A stretch of 44,684 bases of DNA. It comes from Sulfurimonas sp. (GTDB lineage Bacteria; Campylobacterota; Campylobacteria; Campylobacterales; Sulfurimonadaceae). The position numbers were made by a program, and so were the translations under genes. The stretch lies in NCBI GenBank assembly GCA_027056465.1, contig JALUKS010000234.1, positions 1 to 44,684 on the forward strand, in the 5' to 3' direction. Below, one piece after another: positions 29,071 to 38,804 of this stretch (its first letter is position 1; every line of letters starts with the position of its first letter). The notes under the pieces were generated by a model, which was given only the letters and a program-made list of their open reading frames with translations, ran no database searches and was not told where the DNA came from.

Positions 29071-30378
29071 ATGAATAAAGATAACATAAGTATAGTCATT
29101 CTAGCAGCTGGCAAGGGAAGTCGCATGAAGTCACCAAAAGCAAAGGTACTTCACTCCATCAGTGGCAAGCCTATGCTTTACCATATCATCAAAGCTTCAC
29201 AAGAGATCTCTAATGACATCACAGTAGTCATCGCTCACCAAAAAGAGGAAGTACAAGCACAGATGCAAACTTATTTTGATAATATCAACTTCGTTGTTCA
29301 AGATGCTGAAAACTTCCCAGGAACTGGTGGTGCTATGAAAAATGTAGTACCTAAAAATGAGAAGGTTTTAATCCTTAATGGAGATATGCCACTTATCACA
29401 GCAGAAGCTCTTCAAGGCTTCATTGACACGGATGCTGATATTATCATGTCCATCTTTGATCTTGAAGATCCTAGTGGCTATGGTCGTGTTATCATAGATG
29501 AAAATAAACAAGTACAGTATATCGTTGAGCAAAAAGATGCAAATGAAAACGAACTACTTACTACAACTGTAAACGCGGGTATTTATGCATTTAGTAAAGC
29601 AGTGATAGAGAAATACATTCCCCTACTCTCAAATGACAATGCTCAAGAAGAGTACTACCTCACTGATGTAGTTGCTATGGCAAAGGCAGACCATCTCAGC
29701 ATTGCCCCTCTACTTGTTGATGAGGAACACTTCAAAGGTGTAAACTCTAAAAAAGACCTCAGTGACTCTGAAGAGATTATGCAAGATCGTATAAGAACAA
29801 GCTGGATGAATGCAGGAGTTATTATGCAACTTCCTTCTACTATTTATATAGAATCCACAGTGGCGTTTGAGGGTGAGTGTATAGTAGAGAATGGCTGTCG
29901 TCTTTGTGGGGAGACACTTATAAAAGAGTCCCATATAAAATCAGGGAGTGTCATAGAGGATAGCATAGTCAAAAACTCAGATGTAGGACCACTCGCTCAT
30001 CTTCGCCCTGCTTCGTATATCGAAGATACACATATAGGTAACTTTGTAGAGGTAAAAAAATCATCTCTCAAAGGTGTCAAAGCTGGACACCTAAGCTACA
30101 TCGGTGATGCGCAAGTAGATACAGGGACAAACATCGGAGCTGGAACTATTACTTGTAACTACGATGGTGTCAAAAAGTATAAGACTATCATCGGTAAAAA
30201 TGTTTTCATAGGAAGTGATTCACAACTTGTAGCTCCTATCACTATAGAAGATGATGTGATGATAGCTGCAGGGACTACAGTTCCTAGCGGTGTTATAAAA
30301 AGTGGTGTTTTGGCGATAAGCCGTACGAAGATTCGCACAATTGCAGGCTACTTTGCAAAGCATTTTAGTACAAAATAG
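29071..30378 (+). CDS. glmU: bifunctional UDP-GlcNAc pyrophosphorylase / GlcN-1-P acetyltransferase
   Basis: LAAGKGSRMKS..KVLH, GYGR, EYYLTD, GNFVEVKK, HLSYIGD, hexapeptide repeats. Confidence 0.98.
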   Translation: MNKDNISIVILAAGKGSRMKSPKAKVLHSISGKPMLYHIIKASQEISNDITVVIAHQKEEVQAQMQTYFDNINFVVQDAENFPGTGGAMKNVVPKNEKVLILNGDMPLITAEALQGFIDTDADIIMSIFDLEDPSGYGRVIIDENKQVQYIVEQKDANENELLTTTVNAGIYAFSKAVIEKYIPLLSNDNAQEEYYLTDVVAMAKADHLSIAPLLVDEEHFKGVNSKKDLSDSEEIMQDRIRTSWMNAGVIMQLPSTIYIESTVAFEGECIVENGCRLCGETLIKESHIKSGSVIEDSIVKNSDVGPLAHLRPASYIEDTHIGNFVEVKKSSLKGVKAGHLSYIGDAQVDTGTNIGAGTITCNYDGVKKYKTIIGKNVFIGSDSQLVAPITIEDDVMIAAGTTVPSGVIKSGVLAISRTKIRTIAGYFAKHFSTK

Positions 30379-30464
30379 TGCTAAAAGAACTTTGCTTTTT
30401 AAACTTCAAAATGGCATTTAGTTTTATACTGTATAATGTCACAAATAAATAAAAAAAGATAACT

Positions 30465-31172
30465 ATGAAAATTATTGTAATCATCCCCACATATAACGAA
30501 AAAGAGAATATTAACCAGATTATAGAGGCTGTACTCTCTCAACATGATGCACTAGAAGTACTCATCGTTGATGACAACTCCCCTGATGGTACGGCTGCTA
30601 TGGTCAAAGAGTACCAGCAAAAAACGGAGAAAGTACACCTGCTTGAGCGTTCAGGCAAGCTTGGTTTAGGTAGTGCTTACAGAGAAGGCTATCTCCTCTC
30701 TCTTGAAAAAGGTGCTGACTACATAGTACAGATGGATGCAGACTTCTCGCATAACCCAAAATATCTTCTTGATATGATTGAGTTAAGAGAGAGTGCTGAT
30801 GTTATTATTGGCTCTCGATACATTAAAGGTATCAGTGTATTAAACTGGCCTCTTCGCCGAATACTTCTTAGTTATTTTGCCAACCAATATGCTAAGGTAA
30901 TTACTGGAGTGAAGGTAGAAGATTTGACTGCTGGTTTTAAGTTTATCTCTCGTAAGGCTTTAGAGAGAGTAGATTTAAGTAAGGTCAAGAGTAATGGTTA
31001 TGGTTTTCAAATAGAGATGAACTATGCTTTTAGCTCTACAGGATCTACGATTATGGAGACTCCTATTCTCTTTATGGATAGAGAGCATGGTGTCTCTAAG
31101 ATGAATAAAGAGATTATACTTGAAGCACTGATAGGTGTTTGGGCTTTTAGATTTAAGAACTATAGAGCTTAG
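30465..31172 (+). CDS. polyprenol-phosphate glycosyltransferase (GT2, DPM1/Ppm1-like)
   Basis: IPTYNEKENI, VDDNSPDGT, GLGSAY, QMDADFSH, GSRY, GYGFQIE, DREHGVSKM. Confidence 0.92.
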   Translation: MKIIVIIPTYNEKENINQIIEAVLSQHDALEVLIVDDNSPDGTAAMVKEYQQKTEKVHLLERSGKLGLGSAYREGYLLSLEKGADYIVQMDADFSHNPKYLLDMIELRESADVIIGSRYIKGISVLNWPLRRILLSYFANQYAKVITGVKVEDLTAGFKFISRKALERVDLSKVKSNGYGFQIEMNYAFSSTGSTIMETPILFMDREHGVSKMNKEIILEALIGVWAFRFKNYRA

Positions 31173-31185
31173 GAATTTTAATTCC

Positions 31186-32601
31186 TTAGTTCTTAAACTC
31201 CACAAAATAATATTTCACTTCTCTATCCCCTACCCTTTTATGAAAAGAGGCAAGAACTTTTTGATTATGAAATAGTCTTCCAATTTCTGTATAATTTGAT
31301 ATTTCATGCCCTATGTAAAGACATTTACCAAGTGAAGGAATTGTTTTTACTGGTGACTCTTGTGAAATATTTAAATCTCTCTTTCTCCAAAGATTAAAGT
31401 TAGAAAATCTTGCACTGCTCAATACATGCACATTCTTATATTTTTTAAAATAGTATGCTACTTCTGAACCATGATAATCATCAATAAAAATATAATGATA
31501 ACTTCCTATATCAAGATGAAGCTTTTTTATCTCATTTTGAAAATTATTTATTTTTCCTAGTCGTGAAAGGAAGAGTTTAATTGGTGGTACATCGACTCCA
31601 AGAGGTGTTTTAATTAGCAATATAACTACAGTACTTAAAGCTAAAGCGATGCCAAGAAGTATTTTGTTATTATATTTTGCCATATAATACCCTAGCAAGA
31701 TAGAAGCACTTAAGTAAGCTGGTCCAGCCCACTGTGCATTAGCATGCTTAAACATAGAGTTGTAGCTAAAAAAGAGTAAAATAAAGAGAAATGGTAAAAG
31801 TAAATAGACTTTTTTCTTATCAAATCTCTCTCTATCTCTTGCAATATAGTAGAGAAGAGGTAAAAGATAAAAAGGATGAAAAAGTACTAACTGAGCTGAA
31901 GTAAACTTTGTAAAATCATGAAGATTAAAAACTTTTTCTTCAGCCATTCCATGATGAAGTTGAAAAGTAAAAGAGATAAAATCATGCATATAATTCCAGT
32001 AAAGTACAGGTGAAAAAACAAGCAATGCAATAGCAATTGAGTAGTATAAAAACTTATCTTTAAACACCTCTCTCTTATAAATAAGTACATAGATAACTAA
32101 AGTAAAAATAATGAGAATTCCCGTATATTTTGAGAGTAGCATTGCACCTGCAGCAAATCCAACTAGTAAACTGTAAAGTTTCTCATCTTCATGAAGATAC
32201 ATATATGCACTATAAAGTAAAAGTGAAGCAAAAAACATAAGAGGAATATCTGGTGCAATAACAGTTGAGGCTACGATGACAATAAAACTACTTATAAAGA
32301 TATAGAAAGTATAGATAGCAGTTTTGGTATCAAACATCTTTTTGGCAAGTATATAAAGGATATAGGCACTTCCTGAAACCATAAGAGCAGCACTAAGTCT
32401 TACAAAAAGAGGGTCATCACTAAAAAGAGTTGTTAGCTTTATAAGATAAGCAACCATAGGAGGGTGATCAAAATAGGAAAAGTCTAGTTTTTTTGACCAT
32501 AACCAATAGTATGTTTCATCTGAGTAAAACTTTACAAAATGATTTGCTATAATATTAAATAGTGTATAAACAAGTAAAACTAACTGTTCTCTTTTTTTCA
32601 A
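31186..32601 (-). CDS. second ArnT/PMT_2-family (GT-C) transferase
   Basis: DETYYWLW, SYFDHPPMV, APD, LSKYTG, LYWN. Confidence 0.88.
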   Translation of the reverse strand: MKKREQLVLLVYTLFNIIANHFVKFYSDETYYWLWSKKLDFSYFDHPPMVAYLIKLTTLFSDDPLFVRLSAALMVSGSAYILYILAKKMFDTKTAIYTFYIFISSFIVIVASTVIAPDIPLMFFASLLLYSAYMYLHEDEKLYSLLVGFAAGAMLLSKYTGILIIFTLVIYVLIYKREVFKDKFLYYSIAIALLVFSPVLYWNYMHDFISFTFQLHHGMAEEKVFNLHDFTKFTSAQLVLFHPFYLLPLLYYIARDRERFDKKKVYLLLPFLFILLFFSYNSMFKHANAQWAGPAYLSASILLGYYMAKYNNKILLGIALALSTVVILLIKTPLGVDVPPIKLFLSRLGKINNFQNEIKKLHLDIGSYHYIFIDDYHGSEVAYYFKKYKNVHVLSSARFSNFNLWRKRDLNISQESPVKTIPSLGKCLYIGHEISNYTEIGRLFHNQKVLASFHKRVGDREVKYYFVEFKN

Positions 32602-33005
32602 TTTTCTTCCTTTGTCTCTTTTTCTTTTGCAAAAACAACAAGATAACTACCAATAAAATTAAATCCCATTGCAACTCCTATTCCTAGTATTTGTCCTATT
32701 ACTTTTGTTAATGTACCCTCATCAAAATTTATTACAACTAAGTTTAATACTGCTAGGTTTACTAAAAAAGAGGAAAGATTTAAGATAAAATACTTGAGAA
32801 ATTTTTGTTTTGTTTGGGTATTATGATCTTTAAAAGTCCATTTTTTATTAAGTGTATAGTTTTGCGTAACAGCGAATAAAAATGCGACTACTGATGCTAT
32901 ATTATAGTTTATATCAAGATAGACTAAAAAAGAGAATATGCTAATATTGCTTACTGATCCTATGGCACCTACTGAAGCAAATTTTAAGAGTTTTTTTATA
33001 ACCAT
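32598..33005 (-). CDS. GtrA-family flippase
   Basis: 135 aa, four TM helices, KFASVG, NYTLNKKWTF. Confidence 0.9.
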   Translation of the reverse strand: MVIKKLLKFASVGAIGSVSNISIFSFLVYLDINYNIASVVAFLFAVTQNYTLNKKWTFKDHNTQTKQKFLKYFILNLSSFLVNLAVLNLVVINFDEGTLTKVIGQILGIGVAMGFNFIGSYLVVFAKEKETKEEN

Positions 33006-33131
33006 ATCTATCCTATAATTTTTATATAATCTAATCTCATATTATAACAAAGAAAGAATAATTTTAGAGAAAATTTAAAAAATCTCCTCTAATCAATGCA
33101 AGAAGTAAGTAAATTTAGATAAAATAACAGT

Positions 33132-34406
33132 ATGAATATTTCAACTACTTTACTAAAAAACAAAAAAATCCTTTTAGGTGTTACTGGTTCTATCGCTATT
33201 TACAAGTCTCTTGAGCTTGTACGACTCTTTGTCAAGGCTGGTGCAGATGTGCGAGTTGTAATGAGTGAGAGTGCGAAGAAGTTTATAACGCCACTGACTT
33301 TTGAAACACTTAGTACAAATAGAGTGCTAGATGATACAAATGAATCATGGGCAGATGAGCATAACCATATAAAAACTACAGAGTGGGCAGATGTTTTTGT
33401 CATAGCCCCAGCGACTGCAAACACCATCGCAAAACTCGCAAACGCCATTGCAGATACCATGCTTCTACAGTGCGCTCTCGCATTTAGCCCTATAAAGATA
33501 CTTGCACCCTCAGCAAATACAAATATGCTTGAAAATCCCATAACACAAGCAAATCTCAAGATGCTAGGCATCGCTAACTACACTATTCTCGACACACAGA
33601 CCAAAGAACTCGCTTGCAAAACTGTAGGTAATGGTGCTATGGCTGAACCTCTTCATATATTTTGGGCAACTGCTCGTGAGCTTTTAAAAGAGGAATTTTG
33701 GGCAGATAGAAGAGTTATCGTTACAGGTGGTGGCACGATAGAGCGCATAGATGATGTGCGTTTTATCTCTAACTTCTCTAGTGGTAAGATGGCTTCTGCT
33801 ATGGCTACAGCTCTCTACTGTAAAGGTGCTGATGTAAACCTTATAAGTACGAAGTTTGAGGCAGAACTTCCAGAAGATATTTATACTTTAGATGTAGAAG
33901 ATAGTGCAGAGATGCATGAGTACTTAGTGGACTCTATTCGCATCGCAAAGAAAGGGAAACTCTCCAAGGCTTCACTTAATAGAGATGAACAAATTCACCT
34001 TATACAAAAGAAACCTTATCTCTTTATGGCAGCAGCTGTAAGTGACTATATTCCTGCGTTTAAACAAGAGGGAAAACTTAAAAAAGAGATTTTAGGTGAG
34101 AGTTGGGAGTTGGGTCTGAAAAAAAATATAGATATTTTAGAGAGTGTTGATAAATCAGGTGTCACAGTGGTAGGTTTTAAAGCAGAAATGGATGCACAAA
34201 ATGCTCTTATAAACGCAAAGAACATGCTAGAGAAGAAAAACCTCGATGCAGTTTGCCTGAATGTCTTAAATGAGAACAATAGTTTTGGATCAGACACAAA
34301 CACCATGACATTTATAACTAAAGATGAAAAGATTACTATCCCTACAGATGAGAAACTCAGTATCTCCTTTCAAGTTTTAAACCAAGCAAAAAATATAAAA
34401 GAGTAA
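33132..34406 (+). CDS. coaBC: phosphopantothenoylcysteine decarboxylase / phosphopantothenate-cysteine ligase
   Basis: GVTGSIAIYK, APATANTIAK, ERIDDVRFISNFSSGKM, AAVSDY, VGFKAE. Confidence 0.97.
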   Translation: MNISTTLLKNKKILLGVTGSIAIYKSLELVRLFVKAGADVRVVMSESAKKFITPLTFETLSTNRVLDDTNESWADEHNHIKTTEWADVFVIAPATANTIAKLANAIADTMLLQCALAFSPIKILAPSANTNMLENPITQANLKMLGIANYTILDTQTKELACKTVGNGAMAEPLHIFWATARELLKEEFWADRRVIVTGGGTIERIDDVRFISNFSSGKMASAMATALYCKGADVNLISTKFEAELPEDIYTLDVEDSAEMHEYLVDSIRIAKKGKLSKASLNRDEQIHLIQKKPYLFMAAAVSDYIPAFKQEGKLKKEILGESWELGLKKNIDILESVDKSGVTVVGFKAEMDAQNALINAKNMLEKKNLDAVCLNVLNENNSFGSDTNTMTFITKDEKITIPTDEKLSISFQVLNQAKNIKE

Positions 34407-34409
34407 GAT

Positions 34410-35087
34410 ATGAATAGTGCAACACATATAGCGATAATCATGGATGGGAACGGTCGTTGGGCTGAGCTTCAAGGGAAAAAACGTGTCAAAGGACATGAAG
34501 CAGGTGCAAAAGTTGTGAAAAACATTACAACTTATTGTTCAGATCATCCAGATATAGAGCGCCTTACTCTTTATGCTTTTTCTACTGAAAACTGGAAACG
34601 CCCGCGTTTAGAAGTAGAGTTTTTGATGAAACTTCTCAATAACTATCTCAAGAAAGAACTTCCTGTCTATTTGGAAAACAATGTACGTTTCGAGCCTATA
34701 GGTGATATTCGTGCCTTTTCTAAACAGCTTCAAAAGACCATAAAGATGGTAGAAGAGAAGACAGCTCACTGTGATGGTTTAGTACAGTCGCTTGCCCTTA
34801 ATTACGGTTCTCAAGATGAGATTCTTCGTGCAATGAACAAGCTTAAAAGTGTAGAGGGAGAGATTACACAAGAGATACTTTCAAATACTTTAGACTGTAA
34901 ATATGATGTTGATATACTTATTAGAACAGGTGGAGACCATAGACTCTCAAACTATCTTCTATGGCAGTCAGCTTATGCAGAGCTTTTCTTTATAGACACT
35001 CTCTGGCCTGACTTTACATCAAATGAGTTAGAAAAAATCATCAAAAAGTTCACAAAAGTTGAACGCCGTTTTGGAGGGCTTAAGTAA
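34410..35087 (+). CDS. uppS: undecaprenyl diphosphate synthase
   Basis: HIAIIMDGNGRWA, YAFSTENWKRP, IRTGG..RLSNYLLWQ. Confidence 0.97.
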   Translation: MNSATHIAIIMDGNGRWAELQGKKRVKGHEAGAKVVKNITTYCSDHPDIERLTLYAFSTENWKRPRLEVEFLMKLLNNYLKKELPVYLENNVRFEPIGDIRAFSKQLQKTIKMVEEKTAHCDGLVQSLALNYGSQDEILRAMNKLKSVEGEITQEILSNTLDCKYDVDILIRTGGDHRLSNYLLWQSAYAELFFIDTLWPDFTSNELEKIIKKFTKVERRFGGLK

Positions 35088-35902
35088 TGGAACTCAGTTT
35101 TGCTTTTATATTTGGTCTTCTCTTTGGCTCTTTTTTAAATGTTGTTATTTTACGTATTCCCAAAGAAGAGAGTGTTGTTTTTGATGGTTCCTACTGCTAC
35201 TCTTGTGGAGAAAAACTTAAACCATGGCATAACATTCCTCTCTTTTCATGGCTCTTTCTTCGAGGAAAATGTGGTTTTTGTAAAAGTAAAATTTCTGTTC
35301 AATATCCTCTCATAGAATTCACATCAGGAGTACTTTTTTTAGCAGTTGCTTCACAGTATGGTCTCTCGTTTCCTGCCTTTTTGATAGCACTCAGTTTTCT
35401 TATGCTTCTAGCGCTCTCAATGATAGACTTAAAGTACAAAATGGTACCAGACTCTCTGAATCTTCTCGCTATATTTTTTGCAATATTTGGAGCATGGAAT
35501 ATAGAGGGAGTTCTGCTAAACTTTCAAAATGCCCTCCTTTTTGCTGGTGGTTTTACACTACTGCGTTTTGCACTCTCTTATTATCTCACATCTAGCGTTT
35601 ACAGGGCAGGACTCAAAACAAAAACATCCTGGAACAAACACTACGATAGGACACCTTTAATAGAAGCGATGGGTGAAGGTGACATCATGGTTGCAGCGAC
35701 TATGGGAGCACTCTTAGGTATAAAACTTACACTTGTAGCAGTCTTTCTCTCAGCACTCCTCGCTCTTCCTGTTTTACTCTTTGTACAAAACCGTTCAGAA
35801 GAAGAAAAAAGAGTCCCTTTTGTTCCCTTTTTGGCACTAGCTACTTTTATAGTTTTTCTCTTTGAGTCTCCTATTTTAGCCTATATTCAAGCGAATTATT
35901 AA
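35087..35902 (+). CDS. pilD: prepilin peptidase (A24)
   Basis: GSFLNVVILR, two CxxC pairs, YPLIE, MGEGD, PFVPFL. Confidence 0.9.
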   Translation: MELSFAFIFGLLFGSFLNVVILRIPKEESVVFDGSYCYSCGEKLKPWHNIPLFSWLFLRGKCGFCKSKISVQYPLIEFTSGVLFLAVASQYGLSFPAFLIALSFLMLLALSMIDLKYKMVPDSLNLLAIFFAIFGAWNIEGVLLNFQNALLFAGGFTLLRFALSYYLTSSVYRAGLKTKTSWNKHYDRTPLIEAMGEGDIMVAATMGALLGIKLTLVAVFLSALLALPVLLFVQNRSEEEKRVPFVPFLALATFIVFLFESPILAYIQANY

Positions 35903-35905
35903 ATT

Positions 35906-36925
35906 ATGAATAGACTTAGAAAATATTTAACTACTCATTTATCTTCACTTTTTTTAGCTATGTTTCTTCCTCTATTTGCGATTGCAACAGTGATTCTTTT
36001 TATTAAACTAGCTACTTTTACAGCGGTTATCCAGCTCAGTATAACAGAGATGTCGAAACTCTATCTTTTTTATCTTCCACAAATTATATTTTTTACTTTA
36101 CCTGTCTCTTTTTTTGTTGCTATCACCCTTACTCTCTTTAAATTTTCTAATGATAATGAAATTATTGTTCTCTTTTCTTTAGGTATTAAACCACTGTTTT
36201 TACTCAAGATTCTTTTCAAGCCTGCTCTTTTTTTAAGTACCATTCTCTTTATAACTTTCTTTTTTGTAGTGCCTTACACAAATTCTCTCATAAAAAACTT
36301 TATGATACATAAAAAAAGTGAGGCAAAGTTTAATCTTGCAGCAAGTGAGTATGGAAATAGATTTGGTAACTGGCTTTTATACATCGGTGCTAATAATCCA
36401 GATGGAAGTTTTTCAAAAATATTTTTATTTAATAAAAACCTCAATGAAGAGACTCTCATATCTGCAAAAACTGCAAAGATTTTGAATGACAATGGTATCT
36501 TACACCTCAAACTTTTTCAAGGAGAGGGCTATACCTACTCCAAAGAGAGTTTTTCTCAAGTTAATTTTGAGACTATGCTTATAAATAATAATATGCATAC
36601 CACATACAATAAATATAACTCCGCCCTAGAATACTGGAAGATGTATAAAACAGTGAGATCACGTAAAACGACACTTATCACTAACTTTTTACTTACTCTT
36701 TTTCCTCTTCTTGGACTCTTTTTTGCAGCAGCTATAGGAATAGAACATGCAAGACATGGAAAACCTAAAATTTATCTCTATCTCTTTTTATATATTGCTT
36801 TCTATTACGGTGCGACTATTGGACTAGGTAAAGCGATTGGTTTTTATACTATCCCACTTGTAGCTATCACTTTCTTTGTAGGAAGTTATCTTCTGTATAA
36901 CAAAAAAATTGCAAGAAGATTTTGA
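35906..36925 (+). CDS. lptF: LptF/LptG-family LPS export permease
   Basis: 3 TM + periplasmic beta domain + 3 TM; LP...DNE...LFSLGI. Confidence 0.8.
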   Translation: MNRLRKYLTTHLSSLFLAMFLPLFAIATVILFIKLATFTAVIQLSITEMSKLYLFYLPQIIFFTLPVSFFVAITLTLFKFSNDNEIIVLFSLGIKPLFLLKILFKPALFLSTILFITFFFVVPYTNSLIKNFMIHKKSEAKFNLAASEYGNRFGNWLLYIGANNPDGSFSKIFLFNKNLNEETLISAKTAKILNDNGILHLKLFQGEGYTYSKESFSQVNFETMLINNNMHTTYNKYNSALEYWKMYKTVRSRKTTLITNFLLTLFPLLGLFFAAAIGIEHARHGKPKIYLYLFLYIAFYYGATIGLGKAIGFYTIPLVAITFFVGSYLLYNKKIARRF

Positions 36926-37635
36926 TGCGAGTTAAACTCACTCTCTCTTACAATGGAACTCACTTCTTGGGTTCACAAACGCAGACAGAGACAAAAAATA
37001 CTATACTTGGAAATGTAGAACAAGTGCTAAAGAAACTAGGCATAAAAGAGCGACTCATAGCAAGTGGTCGAACAGACAAAGGTGTCCATGCCACGGCACA
37101 GGTATGCCATCTGGACTTACCCCCTTTTTGGCAAGATATAGCCAAACTTAAGAGAGTGATGAACGAGATGCTCCCCTCCTCCATCATGGTACGAAAAATT
37201 GCTCAGGTAAGTAGTGAGTTTCATGCACGCTACTCTGCAAAAAGAAGAGTCTATAGATACATCATCAAACAAGGTGAGTCTAATCCTTTTGAAGCAGACT
37301 CTATCACCTTTTTAAAAACTGTAGATAAAGCGGATATAAAGAGTAAAATAAAACTTTTTGAAGGCATACATGACTTTAGTGAGTTTATGAAAACAGGAAG
37401 TGATACAGGAAGTTCAGTGCGAGAGATTTATAGGGCTTTTGCTTACGAACACAAAGGCTATCTCATACTAAACTTTCAAGCAAATGGATTTTTACGTTCT
37501 CAGATTCGTTTGATGGTGGGAGCCCTACTCTCTTTGGATAAAAAAACAATAGTTGCAAAACTAGAAGCAAAGAAAAAATACCCTCTTCGCCCTGCTCCTG
37601 CCAATGGACTTTATCTCGCTAGAATTGATTACTAA
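36925..37635 (+). CDS. truA: tRNA pseudouridine(38-40) synthase
   Basis: SGRTDKGVHA, FHARYSA, HDF, NGFLRSQIRLMVG, APANGLYL. Confidence 0.96.
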   Translation: MRVKLTLSYNGTHFLGSQTQTETKNTILGNVEQVLKKLGIKERLIASGRTDKGVHATAQVCHLDLPPFWQDIAKLKRVMNEMLPSSIMVRKIAQVSSEFHARYSAKRRVYRYIIKQGESNPFEADSITFLKTVDKADIKSKIKLFEGIHDFSEFMKTGSDTGSSVREIYRAFAYEHKGYLILNFQANGFLRSQIRLMVGALLSLDKKTIVAKLEAKKKYPLRPAPANGLYLARIDY

Positions 37636-37981
37636 ATCTTTTTTTTAAAAGGTAGTAAGCAATCACACCAAGTAAAATTCCAACACTATCTGCCACGATA
37701 TCCAAACCAGAAAAAGCACTTCTACCGATGAGTTGTTGCACTGTTTCTATCTGAACACCAAAAAGTAAAAGTACTCCAACTTTTTTCACTAATGCGAAAT
37801 TTCTAAACGCGAATGAAAGTAAAATATAGAGTGTAAAAAATGCGATAAAGTGATTGGATTTATCCCACATACTTTCTATAACACTAATATGTACTAAAGT
37901 CGTTGCCAAATACTCTATGACGGCTAAACAGATAAAAAAGTAAAGTCTAAAAAAAATCTCATTTAGTAGTTTATGTAACAT
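37619..37981 (-). CDS. VanZ-family membrane protein
   Basis: DKSNHFIAF, IETVQ..GR...DIVADSVG. Confidence 0.85.
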   Translation of the reverse strand: MLHKLLNEIFFRLYFFICLAVIEYLATTLVHISVIESMWDKSNHFIAFFTLYILLSFAFRNFALVKKVGVLLLFGVQIETVQQLIGRSAFSGLDIVADSVGILLGVIAYYLLKKRFSNQF

Positions 37982-38759
37982 TTATTTCCTTATTTATCTG
38001 ATCTATTACTTTTTTATGCCAAAGTATCTCTTTATGTGAAAGTCCATCAAGTTCTACATACTTAGCTAAATTTTTAATCTTTCCTTTTAGCTCTCTTGCA
38101 TTTTCTATATAAGTTATACTATCACTTTTACTAACAAAAAGATAAGTAGGAGCCTCTATATTTTTTACATACTCACCAGTTCTGAACTTATAACGGAACA
38201 CTTTTGAAAGATTTATAAAAGGGAAAAAACTTCTATCTACAAACTTCGACTTTGCGAGTGAAGCTATAGAATTAAAAGCCCCAATTAAAAAAAGTTTTTT
38301 GACTCTGTGATGTGATGCCACGTAGGAAGCTACACTTGAGCCTATAGAATAGCCTAAAAGATAAAACTCACCATAGTTTTTTTCTACAAGTGTTGCTATT
38401 TTCAAACCATCTGCATACATATTTTTCTCATCTACTTTTCCCTCACTTTTTCCATAAGAGCGATAGTTAAATGCGATAACTCTCGTGTTTGGGTAGGTAA
38501 GAGAGAGATTAGAGATGATACCCACTGCATCGTGAGAACGCCCAACGAACATAAGGAGTGTTGCAGTGGGATTTGTAGGCTCATAGAGAGCCCCTTCTAA
38601 GCTAATACCATCGTCAGTACTCATTGTAAGTATGCTACATTTCTCACAAAGGTGCCCCTCTCTATGGTAAGTAGGCGAAAACACCATATAAAACTGCCAC
38701 TGATAAAATGCAAACAGAAGTACTAAAAAAGTAAAAATAAGAAAAGCTATATAAATCAT
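37971..38759 (-). CDS. membrane-anchored alpha/beta hydrolase
   Basis: N-terminal TM, NYRSYGKSEG, GYSIG elbow, C-terminal D and H. Confidence 0.85.
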   Translation of the reverse strand: MIYIAFLIFTFLVLLFAFYQWQFYMVFSPTYHREGHLCEKCSILTMSTDDGISLEGALYEPTNPTATLLMFVGRSHDAVGIISNLSLTYPNTRVIAFNYRSYGKSEGKVDEKNMYADGLKIATLVEKNYGEFYLLGYSIGSSVASYVASHHRVKKLFLIGAFNSIASLAKSKFVDRSFFPFINLSKVFRYKFRTGEYVKNIEAPTYLFVSKSDSITYIENARELKGKIKNLAKYVELDGLSHKEILWHKKVIDQINKEINVT

Positions 38760-38804
38760 AGTACAAATTATAGTATACTTCTACTAATAATTAGAGGAAA
38801 TACA

